A stretch of 63,874 nucleotides of DNA, counting the filler, from Atractiella rhizophila (taxonomy: Eukaryota), in NCBI GenBank assembly GCA_021432655.1. It is 9 parts of 8 records of this genome, joined end to end, with 100 filler letters (N's around TTAATTAATTAA, not from the genome) between each part and the next. Parts side by side here need not be neighbours in the genome. Positions count along the whole stretch, not along the records: positions 22,793 to 34,055 come from MU272043.1; positions 34,156 to 45,396 come from MU272044.1; 7 more parts are not named here. One strand, 5' to 3'. The position numbers and the translations under genes are program-made. Positions 25,872 to 38,144 of the stretch are shown one piece after another. Every line of letters starts with the position of its first letter. The stretch's first letter is position 1. The notes below the pieces were generated by a model. The model was not told where the DNA came from and searched no databases. It saw only the letters and a list, made by a program, of their open reading frames with translations.

Positions 25872-26624
25872 TCAACAGTCGAGCTTCACCTCTGTCTCGC
25901 CAACTACATCTGTGAGTTCCTTTTCAAGTAAGCCTTTCATCGTCGACTCGTCCCGCGGATAAAACCACGTTTGCTCCTTCGCGTCATAGGAGTATCGCTT
26001 TGGTCCGCTATTGCGCCATACATTTGCTTAGCTGATGTGAGACGACTCAAGACAATAAGGAGAAAGAAGGGATGGAAGACAAACCTCACAGGACTCGAGA
26101 GCCATATCTCTTTGTTTGGAGGCTGTTTGTTAATAACGTATGTACCTTGCGAGCCCAGCTTTAGCGTCAGGACGCCAGACTGAATCCAAAAGCATAGGAT
26201 TAGCTCAAGTTCTTCCGAAGGGCTTCCTCCAAGAGGTATAATTTCAAACAAAAACAACAGCCCATGTTAAGTGTGAGAAGGAGAGCTTACCGAATATTCC
26301 ACCTCCCAATCATCTCCTTGCTGCTCCACCAGCTTCTCTAGACTTTCAGTCAAGGAATCCATTGTACCATCAGAAATGTCATGGTATTCGCGTTCCGAGA
26401 GATTTCTGTTCTGCCCATCCCCCAACGCAACCACTAAGCTCACTTTCCTCCACATTCTCGAAGACCATGAAGGCGTGGAACACAAACGCTTTCTCGTACC
26501 ACGATGCCTGAAAGCTCTTAAACGATCTTGACTGAAACTTCGTGCGTGTCATGGAAAGCAGAGCCGTATTGCGTTGGAAGCCATCATAGCGGAGATGCCT
26601 CGCAACTCTTGAAAATGTCAACAT
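25872..26624 (-). CDS. YFH1: Frataxin, mitochondrial
   Basis: Arg-rich presequence; [61 protein letters not shown]...WFYPRD. Confidence 0.95.
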
Positions 26625-26861
26625 TGTCGTTTTGTTTTGCTGTTTGGTGGTAGGCGGCCTATTCGGGCGGACCCGAGCCTTGACGCGAACATGGGTGTAC
26701 AAGGAATGTAGAAGACAGATAATAATACTCCACCAGGAAGTCCGACCAGCGACTTCGCCTAAATAAAGGAGGAGATGCCTCTCAGAGCAATGTTCTCTCC
26801 ACGGTGGAATCGACCTTTTAAGAGCTGGTTCAGGAGGTGATTGTGGTGAAAAACGAGAGAA

Positions 26862-28120
26862 ATGTCGAGAGATAGGCTGGCTGCGTTTCAGGTTCGTCCC
26901 TTCGCCCAACTTATTCTGCAGTGGTTGATGTAAGATGCCTTTTGAAGAATCAGGTTTCAACTGGAGCGAATCAGAACTCTCCAATGACCAACGGAGCGGA
27001 TCAACCTCATCGTCTGGAAGCTGGAGAAGGAGGACTGGATTTTAATAATGAGGCGAGTTATCCATCCTTCTCAAAGCTCCCAGCAGCTTTGGAATGGAAC
27101 AATAGCTTGTGGATGTCTGAATATCTTCTGACTAGATTTAATTTAGTTCTCTGTCATTCAAGACCAGCTCTCCTCCCTCAGCGGCATGATCCAACAACTG
27201 TCCTCGGCGCTGTCTTCTCCCGATCGTGATCCATCCACCACGAAGAATATTCAACGGCTTCAGGAGGCATCTTCTCATTCAGTGAGCAATATCAAAAGTC
27301 GTCTCACTCTGTTAGAGAGTTCTATTGCACGCCTCCCAGCAAGCGATGACAAGAAAGTCCGACTTCAGCAAGCGGCAGCCCTTAAGAACAGGTTCAAGGC
27401 CGTCATCGAGGGATATCAAAAGGAAGAGAAGAAGAACAGAGATAAGTTAAGAGAGAGGATGGAGAGACAGTATAGGATTGTGAAACCTGAGGCGGTGAGT
27501 CTAGAATCCTTTCTCATGAGAGGATGCTGATGAAGAGCAGACGGACGAGGAAGTGCGGAGTGCTATCGAGGATGGCAGGGGTGATCAGATATTTTCTCAA
27601 GCCGTGAGCAGGTCCACTCATCATCTGCCCACAAGCCAATGACAGCATCGTAGCTTTTGAGCTCGAATCGACATGCGGATGCGAAGAGCGCTTACCAAGA
27701 TGTCCAAGAAAGGAGAGACGAGATAAAGAGGATCGAACAGAAGATGATTGAACTTGCGCAGCTCGTCAATGAGGCGCGTTCCCTTTTCTCAATCTCAATC
27801 TCAATAATGCATATTCTTACGATCTTACGCAGCTCTCCGTAATGCTCGAGCAGGATGACGAGAAGATAGAGAACATCGATGAGAAGGTGGACAACACAAG
27901 TAAGGACATGGGAATTGCGTATGTTCTCTCCTTCTCCTTAACTTGATGCTTTACGACCCTTGCTTGTTCTAGGTTGCAGAACGTACAAGAAGCAGTCAAG
28001 TCAGCCCGAAATACGCGCAAGCTGAAACGGTATGCTCTGGGGTGCTTTGTGTTGATACTTGTCATTCTCGCCATCGTCTTGGGAGTGGTATTTGGGCACC
28101 ATGGGCACCATGGGGACTAA
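26862..28120 (+). CDS. Sso1/2-type plasma-membrane syntaxin, paralog A (more divergent)
   Basis: MSRDRLAAFQ, RERMERQYRIVKPEA, SNARE motif AYQDVQERRDEIKRIEQKMIELAQLVNE|LSVMLEQ, C-terminal TM ending GHHGHHGD*. Confidence 0.92.
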
Positions 28121-28446
28121 TGCATTGACACGTGCCACTTTCTCTCCATCCGCTATGTCCCTAAGGTGTATGTCAAATCTTGGTCGTTGAAGAACGGACT
28201 CTTGGTGTCATTGTGTAGTACTGGAGCATGGTTATGCATTGCAACATTGGAACAGATTATTGAAGGCAAATGAATGCTTTGCATTTGAATTTGAAGCTTC
28301 GCTTGCAAGAGTCACTTTTGTGACTCCGCCCACCGGGACCGCTGACAACGTTTCAGGTGTCCACCTCTGTTTTCTGTCTCAATCTCTTACTTGAGAGAAT
28401 CTGCTGTCCCAATAGTCCCTCCCTTTAAACAAACCGCGGCGCCAAC

Positions 28447-30193
28447 ATGTCCAGAGACAGATTAGCAGGAATCAGGGTTCGTGAAATTCCGCTTTGGTGG
28501 GGACTCTACTCACGACAAGAGCAGGCGCAACAGCAGCCCACCGAGCAGCCCTATGCGCCTCAGCAGGCCGGTGGTTATGGGGGATACGATCAAGATCAGC
28601 CCTATGAGCAAGCAAGGCCAGCGGGTGATGATATGCAAAGCTTTTTCGAGGAGGTTCGTTGTTCCCTTTCTATAACTTCCGTACACTTTATGCTGGGAAA
28701 TGTGTTGGGAACGCGAATGGCTTTATGTTTGTTCCGGAGGGTGGGGGCAGCATGTTCAGCGATTTGGCGTATATGGCCTGCTTTATTCTCTTGCATCCGC
28801 CGGGGAGGCGGGACCCTTTCACCCTTGTTCTGTGAAGAAGATGATGAGAACATTTGCTGGCACCAGTCCTATCCCTTGTGAGGACGTAGCAATTGCAGAA
28901 TGGCATAATACGCAGCCATTCCTGATCTTCACTACAAGTTTCTGCGATTTACTTTTTCCGTTCTCACCTCAAGCTGTTCGCACGAACCCTGCAGCAAGGC
29001 GAATGGTTGCCCAAAATTGCCTTATTAGTGGATCAGTGAACCAAAACTCTTGATGGGATGTCTGGGAAGAACGTGGTTCTCGGCTTCGGTGTGCGGATAG
29101 CTCTCCGCTGGGCGCCGGAACTACGGTCAGGATGGACACTGATACCTCTTTTAGATTGGGTCTATTCAAGATGCCATCAAGACTCTCAATGCTAACATCA
29201 ATCAAATTCAAGAGCTCCACAACCGCCAACTGACAACTCTCGACTCTGCTGGTGACGCTGGTGATATTTCGGGCCAGCTGCAATCACTCCAAACCTCTAC
29301 GTCCCGCCTAACGAACAATCTCAAGAACAGGATCAAACTCCTTGAGACTGCTACCTCTCGTCTTCCTCCTAGCGGTGACACCAATGTTCGACGAACGCAG
29401 GAAGGCGCTGTTAAGAAGAGGTTCATGGAAGCCATCCAGAACTATCAAGGCGTCGAGAAGCAGAGCAGGGACAAGTACAGGCAAAGGATGGAGAGGCAAT
29501 ACAGGATCGTCAAACCTGATGCCGTCAGTTTTTTATCCTCCTGTTGTGAACAACGCCTTAATACTAGGATAGACGGACGCTGAAGTCAAGGCTGCAGTTG
29601 AAGGCGGACAAGGAGAACAAGTCTTCTCGCAAGCCGTCAGTCCATTCTCCCCTTGATATGTGTCACAGAATGCTTACTGGCGCTGCAGTTGATGAACTCG
29701 AACAGGTACGGAGATGCCAGAGCTGCCTATCGTGAGGTGCAAGACAGACATGCCGACATCAAGAAGATCGAACAAACTATCACTGAGCTCGCACAATTGT
29801 TCAACGAAATGTCTGTCCTCACTCAAGAACAAGACGAAAAGATCGTTCAGATTGATCAGCAAGCGGCTACCGTCGAGCAAGATTTGGGCAATGCGTATGA
29901 TACTTCCTCCTTCTCCCTTTTCTTTTATAGTGACCCCTTTGCAGAGAGGGTCAAATCCAGAAGGCAGTCAAGAGCGCTCGTGCTGCCAGGAAGAAGCGAT
30001 GGATCTGCTTCTTCATCTGCTTGATTATCATTGCTGTACGTTGTCGTCCCTCCTGCAGACATTTGGAGCTACTTATGACTGACTCTACTTGCCAGGTTGT
30101 CGCCATCGTCCTTGGTGTCCATTTTGGTTTGTCTCTTCTTCGCCCTCTCACAATTTAATGGCTCATACTTCTTTCATAACAGGGACCAAGTAG
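28447..30193 (+). CDS. SSO1: Sso1/2-type plasma-membrane syntaxin, paralog B
   Basis: MSRDRLAGIR, QRMERQYRIVKPDA, AYREVQDRHADIKKIEQTITELAQLFNEM, ARKKRWICFFICLII TM; 501-bp intron 28654-29154. Confidence 0.94.
28832..28932 (+). ncRNA. Intronic box C/D snoRNA, predicted 18S rRNA methylation guide
   Basis: 7-bp terminal stem GTGAAGA/TCTTCAC, box C ATGATGA 28841-28847, box D CTGA 28922-28925, C' GTGAGGA 28878-28884, 12-nt guide TGCTGGCACCAG antisense to conserved 18S CTGGTGCCAGCA. Confidence 0.82.
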
Positions 30194-31186
30194 TCGGAGG
30201 GAATGTCGTGAGGAGATTGTGTTTCATGGACGATGCGATTCATACCCACTCTTTTACACATGACTCTCGTTTGCCATCCTCGCTCTTTCATGAGCTGTTT
30301 CTTTCACCCTTAGTTTGAGTATATCTAATTATCAACCATTAATTAACAAAACTGTTTTCAGCTTGTGATTTGATTTGTGTCAATGGCACTGTTCTAAGCT
30401 ATGGAGGTAGTCTGCTGACTGTTCCTGTTCTAACTTGACTCTTGCGCATTAAGGAATACCATGAGATGATATCAATTTGAGAGGTACCATGGTTACACCT
30501 AAACACCTTTGAACATCCAACACGAGAACAGCTTCAATATTTGTAATAAAATTTCTTCCCATGACTATCTGTCACCCTGATTTCAGGTCGTGTACTCAAG
30601 AGTCCTCCATTCCCAGGCTCCTTCCACTTGTGCAATGGAACGGAACGGAGGTCTTGAGGACTACTGGCGTCAGGCGATGAGAGCAGTCGATGATGATTCC
30701 GTTCATGATGCGTTTTGGAGACTGGAGGTGGCTGGCTGTGACGATGTGGAAGCTCGTGGGAAGGAGGGAAGTGGACGTGCAGGCTTTGAGGTTGGTGCGC
30801 AGGACGGTGTCGTCGGCGCAAACGAGAGCGGGTCGGTGGGTTGCAGACCTGAGACCCATCGGAGACATCGGAGACGACATATTGAGATCTGTTCCGGCGA
30901 AACAACATATGGGCTTACCTCTTGATGTACCTGTTGGTCGTATCCAGGAGCTGTCTGATGGCCTTTAAGCTGACATTGTTGCATAAACAGAGTTCACGCC
31001 TGAGTGAGTGCACGGAGACTTGAAGGTGGGAAAACTAACGCCGACATTCTGCAGCGGAAAGGGCCGTGAACGTCGCAGGACGGAAAGGCGGGGGTGTGCA
31101 TGGCTATGACGATGCTGCTCGTCTACACAAAATGACCTTGTACCAGGTTGAAGGCGGCTAGGGTGCTAATTTGACCTTCATCAGCG

Positions 31187-31895
31187 TTATGCGAAGTTCC
31201 TCTTAAAAGATTCCCGTACATGCCCAACGCCATGTTCCCATTCGTGGGAGCCGCAGACGCAATCGAGCTGCTCAAGCAATGAGTAAATCTTTCCCGCAAA
31301 GCGATCTTGAAGGTACATATCCACAGTCCACGCATGCCTCGAAGTCTTGTCCATGTCCTCGAAGGTACCTTGGAAACTGAACATTGACATTGCTGTTGTG
31401 AAAGTTGAGCGTCACAGATCCGTTACGATCGATGTTCGGCAGAGATTGGTGATGGCCTTTCTGCAAGCCTTTTATTCCTGTGCCATGAATGTGGTGAGAA
31501 AGCATTTTGTGACAATAAAGCAGACAGACACAAGTCTCCTTGGACTCTCTCCTTATAAATCGTGCCTCCTGTCTACCCTCGCAAAACGTGCGCACGTCTG
31601 TACTCACGGAGGGTCGTTAGCTCAGTCCTCCCCGTCCATCAGTCGCGTCTGGACGTCCGAACTCAGCGTTGCTACCTTGAATTTACCTCGAAGTATGAAA
31701 GCATGCAGAAGAATCTTTTGAGGCAATCTAGTTCATCTTGTAGACCTGAGACGATGACACTTCTAGATACAGAAATCACTTCCCCATGTTGGGATTATTG
31801 AACTGTTGACTTCGCAACTGGGGTGAAGACAATCAGTCGCTCCAACTTGAAAAACAGCGGGAGAAGTTGTAGGAGAAGTGAAACTAGGCAGTCAT
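31187..31895 (-). pseudogene. Degraded gene of unknown family
   Basis: Protein-like frame broken by several stops (GED*ANDPP*VQTCARF...HDL*GES) continuing into ORF 31187-31390. Confidence 0.3.
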
Positions 31896-32222
31896 GTACT
31901 GCATGGTAATGTGTGGTAATGTTGTAGACCTATGGACTCGGAAGCGGATAGATTAAAGATTAATTGTCAATTTCAGGAGAGTACCTTCACTCCATCACTA
32001 TATACAACAAACTACAGGACAATAACTTAGTTCTTCCTGGTTGCACTTGCGTTGCTCTGGCAAGTCTGTATCCTACTACATAATCATCTGCATCAAGTTT
32101 CTTTCTCCAGTCTGAGAGGTCTTGAGCTCCGTTTGTCTGACGTATCCCACGCTTTTTGATACTCACTGAGTGATAGTATCGTTGCATTCAACTATCGGAC
32201 TCCTAGAACCTGAGGGCTCGAA

Positions 32223-33713
32223 ATGGACTTCGAATCCTGCATCCCACCCGAAATCCTAAAGGAAATCCTGTCCCTTCTTCGCGGCAGTGAGGACGACTGG
32301 GAATTCGAGCGGAAAGACCTGTACAACTGTCTCTTCGTTAACCATCGGTGGTCCACCACTGCTCTGCACGTTTTGTTGGCTAACATCAGAACGTACGAAT
32401 TTTGGGATGATGAAACACTATTGTCTGTGCATGAATCATCTAACAACAAGGACGAATCGCAACTGAACAAATTTTATGCCTTCTTGAACCGAAATACGGA
32501 CCTTTGCCTCCGCATCTACTCCTTCTCATTCCACTCGGAATTGGACTACCTCAACTTGCTACTTCCCCTCTTAAGTAGGATGACCAACCTTCAGGATTTT
32601 TGCTTTTACCCAGATAAAAATGACGTTGAGGACAAGCTCTCGCAACTCCCTCCGCTGCCACCTTTGCCAAACCTAAGGTCGCTGGAGATTGGCATTGACC
32701 GGTGGAGCTGGAAGACGATGCTCCCGAACATTGAAGCATCGAAGCAGCTAGTACACCTCAGTTTCAACGGCTCGATTGAGGATGTTCCCTGGGATCCACC
32801 GTCGGGATCGATACCTTGCTTTCAAAATATCAGGCATCTCACATTGATAGGAACCAACCTGTCTGCTTCTGTTCTCACCCACATGTTTGGTGAATCTCCA
32901 GTGCGGACTCTCACCATCCATTGCGAGGGAGACAACGTCTCTCCGCTCCTGCTGATGATCGCTCCTAGCATCAGAAGTTACGACCAATCGTGGAAGGAAT
33001 ATAAAGCAAATGGCAGGCCTAACATCCCTCTTATGCCCCAGGTGGAGTCACTGGAATTGAGGTCATTGCCACTGAAGACCGGGAACGATTGGGGAGATAT
33101 AGAGCACCTCCCTCTCCTACACAAAATGCAGAAGCTGGAAATAAAGGGATACGAGCTGTGCACTCCGCCTTCAGCGCTTAAGACTTCCACATTGACGAAT
33201 TTAAGGCAACTGCTGATGGAACAGAGCCTCATGGCGTCGTCTACATTTAGGCACCTGTTCGAGGTCTCCCTCCAGCATTCCCTTGTCGAAATTTCGCTCA
33301 GGAGCGATTGTTTCCTCCCAGAACAACCAGGCCACACCCTCACATTGCTTTCTTCATACTCTCACAAATTTGTTCTCATGTTCACATTCTACCACACTGA
33401 GAACATTACCAAAGACATGTTTACCACAATGGCTCACGCTCTCTGCCAGTTTCTTTACCTCAGCATATCATTCGATTGGTGGGCGACCGGACAGAGGCAT
33501 GCTGTTGTCCAACAATACTTCAATGAACGCGTCCACTCTGCCAGAGTCCTAATCACCACAGAAGTCTTGAAACCTAACAGAATCATCTTCCCCAACCTGC
33601 AAGCGATCGGATCGAACGTGGTTTCGCAACAGTTAATGGAGCAGATGGGGCTGGAGAATGTTCCTAGGGACAAAATGCTGGAGACTTGTAGGAGGTATGG
33701 TATGGAAAGATAG
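32223..33713 (+). CDS. Intronless F-box/LRR-like protein, 496 aa
   Basis: IPPEILKEILSLL...KDLYNCLFVNHRWSTTALHVL F-box followed by LxxLxL repeats. Confidence 0.85.
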   Translation: MDFESCIPPEILKEILSLLRGSEDDWEFERKDLYNCLFVNHRWSTTALHVLLANIRTYEFWDDETLLSVHESSNNKDESQLNKFYAFLNRNTDLCLRIYSFSFHSELDYLNLLLPLLSRMTNLQDFCFYPDKNDVEDKLSQLPPLPPLPNLRSLEIGIDRWSWKTMLPNIEASKQLVHLSFNGSIEDVPWDPPSGSIPCFQNIRHLTLIGTNLSASVLTHMFGESPVRTLTIHCEGDNVSPLLLMIAPSIRSYDQSWKEYKANGRPNIPLMPQVESLELRSLPLKTGNDWGDIEHLPLLHKMQKLEIKGYELCTPPSALKTSTLTNLRQLLMEQSLMASSTFRHLFEVSLQHSLVEISLRSDCFLPEQPGHTLTLLSSYSHKFVLMFTFYHTENITKDMFTTMAHALCQFLYLSISFDWWATGQRHAVVQQYFNERVHSARVLITTEVLKPNRIIFPNLQAIGSNVVSQQLMEQMGLENVPRDKMLETCRRYGMER

Positions 33714-34155
33714 TGAGGCGCCTTGGTATTTTTTACATCGAGGTACTTGTGGCAAGAGAAACATTGTGGAATGGACAATAAGTTCCCAGGCGAGTGTACA
33801 AAACAACTTGTCAAGATGAATTTCACCAAGCTGCAGCATGTGCCTCGGATTAGGATCCTCTGCACCGTCACATAAACTCTAAACGTACACCCTTGAGAAT
33901 AGAGAACACTCGACCTCCCTTGGAAGAGCTCCTCCAACCTCCTTTTGATTCTTCTCCTTCCTCTTTTTCTTTAGGTTTCTCAGCCTCCATCAGCCAAGCT
34001 CAGGTCCAGTTTTTATACCTCTTCTTCATGTTCATATGCTAAAGGCGAAGAGAGANNNNNNNNNNNNNNNNNNNNNNNNNNNNNNNNNNNNNNNNNNNNT
34101 TAATTAATTAANNNNNNNNNNNNNNNNNNNNNNNNNNNNNNNNNNNNNNNNNNNN

Positions 34156-34493
34156 TTGCCTTTCCATCTTGCCCTCCACCCACCAGCTTTCCTGCCCCTC
34201 TCCTTTTCTTCCACTTCCTCCTCTCCCGATCCAACCACACCGCCGGACGCAAATCTCTCTACAGGAGTACCTAACCTTCCATTCCCTCCAACACTTCCGC
34301 TCGCAATGCTAACATTACTACTAAAGCTCAAACTCCTACTATTATACAGGCTCGGGCTCGGATTAGGCTTTGGAGTTGAGGAGCTGGCGTGGGGAGGATA
34401 TGCAGGAGGATAGGGAGGGATTTCTACACTTTGTCGACGAGCGTTGCGCATATCCTTTAGCGTTGACGGGGGAGTATAAGGCGCGGGAAACAT
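34156..34493 (-). CDS. 5' part of an unidentified low-complexity protein, cut by linker
   Basis: Open frame MFPAPYTPPSTLKDMRNARR... running to the fragment edge; divergent composition typical of coding DNA. Confidence 0.45.
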
Positions 34494-34768
34494 GGTATCC
34501 GCGAGTGTACATTAGTTGGCTTTCTATTCTACTGAGGGGGTTGGACGAGATGCTGGATTGACGTTTGAGGGGGTTTCGAAGTCCGAGGTCCGCCCCACGT
34601 GATCTCTACCAATCGATCACCAGTGAGTTGAATTTATCCGCCCAGTCTCCTCACAAAGCGGAGTTTGCGGCTTCAAAGCATAGAGGGATGATATAGTGAA
34701 GGATGGATAAATTACTGATATGTATCGAGCAGAATTGTTGATGGATTGTCTACACACTCTCCCTTTGT

Positions 34769-37700
34769 TTATACGCTCCAAACTTTGACCGTACAATCTT
34801 TGCTTCCACTGACGAGGTATCGATCCAAGAACCTGAGTTTTGTCGCTTCGTTCAGGTGTCCATTCATGACTAGGCTGGAGTGCTGCAGCGTCGTGCGGTT
34901 GTACAACTATGCACCGGATAAGGAAACGTCAAACGCGTTTCAGAAAACACAGCAGGAGCAGCAGGAAGTAGGGGAAAAGGTACCTTCACCCCATTTTCGG
35001 ATGCTGCAACAGCAATCTTCCGACTGTCAAACTGCACATCCGTCACCGGCCCCTCATATTTTATAGTCTCCAGTATCCCTCCCGTCCTCAAGTCCCAAAT
35101 CTAACATCCCAATCAACTTCATTGCGCAACAGATCGGGAAAAGAAAAATTCGACATACTCGGACGCTCCGATCCAAGCTTCCCGAAACCAAACAACTTTC
35201 GTCGAACTGAAGTCCAGTGACGGGACCGGTGTGTCCAACGAGGGAACGATGGGATTGACCCGTCCGCATGTCCCACATCCTCACCGTCCCCTCCGCGCTT
35301 CCGGACGCCAACGCGTACCCCCAGAACTGGACTCCACCTACGAAATCCACTTCTTCTTCCTCTCCGGGGAGGGGAAGAATGGTGCTGCTTGAGAGGGATG
35401 CGCGGGAGGTGTGCGAGGAGGAGAGTGCCCAGAGGATGTCCATTGTTAGGACGCATTGGCCAGTCGTCATATCCCACTGACGAAGAGTTTTGTCAGATGA
35501 GCCAGTCACCTGTTCCCTCATTCGTCAACGCGTCCCATCTTTTAAGGGAAAAAAGATGCGAACAAGACAGCTCCCGTCGAAATATAAAGAAGTGACAGGC
35601 TTCGAGTGTCCCTCTAACGTCTCAATGCACGCTTCATCCTCTCTAGATGCCGTTGTCGAAGAAGTGGCCTCATCGGGATGAACATTGGTGAATCCATCGG
35701 CGTCAAGGTCAGTCGAGGTCGATTCTTCGTCCCCTCCCTCCTCATGAACCCTCTCAAGATCCCATATCCGAATCCCACCGTCCGCTCCGCCTGTCACACA
35801 TGTCGTTCCTTCGACTTGTATGCACTTCACCGCTCCTGTCCACGCAGTTCTTATCAGGGAAAGGTCGGTGATTTGAGGAGAGATAGTGACAAACCCCTGT
35901 GGCCGCGTAGACGGCCCCATTCCTCTCCACTCGTGAGATCCCAGACTCGAACGGTCTCGTCCAGACTGGAAGAGACGAGGGTACCATAAGGTTCCGAGAA
36001 ATCCATGGCCGTTATCGGTGCTCCATGTCCACTCAAAGTCTACACTTTCCCTCTCAACAAATTTGTGACAAAAACGCGAAAGAAAGATTTAATCACCATG
36101 AAAGCGACTCCAGAAGGTAACTCGTCATGTTCAGAGGGTAAGAAAGCCGGTCCCTTCCGCCGTCTCAAACTATGCTGCCCCGACACCGCTCTATGCTTCC
36201 CCGTCGCGTTCACGGTCCCGCTGGTGCTCGCTACGGATGCAAGTCTCTCCTTGACGCTCTCCAACTCCTCCTCCAACTCCAATTCCTCTTCTCGAAGCTC
36301 AAGGAGGCCATGCGACAACTCGTCCCGGATGACGGTCAGACTTGATATCTTTTGGGATATCGTGGCGATTTCCGAGTTTAGTAGACTCTGTGGTTGGGAA
36401 GGTTCAGTCAGTTGTGGTTCCGCGAACCCCGTCTCGAAACGAGAAATGGCTGGTGAGGTGACAGCTACTCTTGATTCATTCCTTCTACCCATGCCGCGAC
36501 CCATTCTAATAGGACGCCACACTGTCGAAGCAATGAATAACGGAAGGCGTTGACGCGTATGCGCCGGCAAGCAATCGAACGCTCGTGTAATTACAAGGAG
36601 AATAGTGCCGGAAAACACGGCTTAAGCTTTCGAAGAAGATGGCTCAACCACACCAATCCTTCCTTCCTTCGTGGAAGAACATGCGGGAAATTTTGGAAGG
36701 AAACTTCTCTTCTGCCCTTACTCATCCAATTGGGGCACCACCAGTAAAAGAAGCGAAAGAAGTAAGAGTATCAGAAAGGGGACGGGGAACGTGTAATGGG
36801 CATCGCTCATTGGGTCATGAATTGCGGACACCAATCCCTCTGTCACCAAACGTAACTTGTCCTCCTCGCGTCTTTTTCAAGAAAGAGCGAGCTATCCTTA
36901 ATAAGAGAAGAATATCAAAGAGTGAACGAGATGAGAATGTTTGTACAACATCCTTTTCGTTACGCCCTTCCTTCGCGTCGTCTCGCAGCACAAAAGAGCA
37001 AAAATAAACACGCCAACTCTCTCCCACGTCTCATCGACATATTCGCATAGAGATATAGCAAGGAGAAAGACGCACCCTCCTCACTTTAACACCCTCCAAC
37101 TCGGCTCTAACTTCACCTTCCTCCCTGATCCACTCCTCCTTCTCCCTAATCGGATCCACGACCTGAAACCCCTCATCCTCGCTCTTCTCCTCCACCCCTC
37201 CACCAAACCCTCTCCTCCCAACAGCGGCACCACCAACACCGATAGTAGAAGAAAGCATACTCCTTCGTCCCTTCCCCTTCCCCTTCCCTTTCGCCGCAGA
37301 AATGGATCCAGAAGCAGAAGGAGGAGGGAGAGAGAGGAGACCCCTCTCCCGATCCGCCATCTCTTTCAACCCAATCGGTCCATCAGAACCCGCGAGTCCC
37401 AACACCTTCTCTCTTCTCTTCCGTCTGTCCAATTTCCTCTTGGTTGGGGAATGCGCGGGTCGTAGGACTTCGAAGGCGGCGATGAGCGGCACGGACGTTT
37501 CTTCCTCTCCCCCCTTCCCTCGTTCTTCGGGGAGGAGGAAGGAGGATTGGAGAGGTGGAGAAGGGATGGGGAGGGACAGGAGGTCGTCTACTTCTTCTTT
37601 TATCCCTCGTTCCCTCAGCGTCTCCTTATAGCCCCAACCACCTCCACCTCTGTAGATGGAAGAGGAGGAGGAGGAAGCGCCGGAGAGGAGGAGAGAGGGG

Positions 37701-37858
37701 AGGTAGGGGAGGTGGGAGAGGGAGTGTCCGAGGGGAAAGAACTTTTCGAGGATGGGATGGAGGGGGTGGGAGTGGGAGAGGAGGGAGGAGGGGAAGGAGG
37801 GGGAGGAGAGGAGACGGCGGTGGAGGAGGTCGGTGGTTAGTGCCTGGTGCGATGACAT
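34769..37858 (-). CDS. MDV1: Mitochondrial fission adaptor Mdv1/Caf4 (coiled coil + WD40)
   Basis: RRRKGPAFLPSEHDELPSGVAFM, LSGHGAPITAMDFSEPYGTLVSSSLDETVRVWD, GGVQFWGYALASGS, VRMWDMRTGQSHRSLVGHTGPVT; 688-bp intron 36388-37075. Confidence 0.92.
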
Positions 37859-38144
37859 TGTACTCTAATAGCCAGCTAGCAGCTGAGTGATTAGAGTACT
37901 GGTGATGATTAGCAGGTGAGGTGATGTGTTGCCGAACAATAGCCGGGAGGAAGAATGGTGATGATGTACATTGATGCGCGTGTTTACTCTTTGTGCTCTT
38001 CACTTCACACATCACAATCACAACCGCTCATCTCATCTCAGCATCGTCTTCTGTTGCTTCACATCTATTTCTTGCATACGATACGCGTCTCATCCCTGCA
38101 CTCACTGTACGCCACGACTGTACGAAAGTCCAAACGAAATCGAC

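Noticed and set aside
29050..29070. GGATGTCTG resembling the U14 snoRNA 3' end
   Set aside because: No following D box and no U14 domain A or B match.
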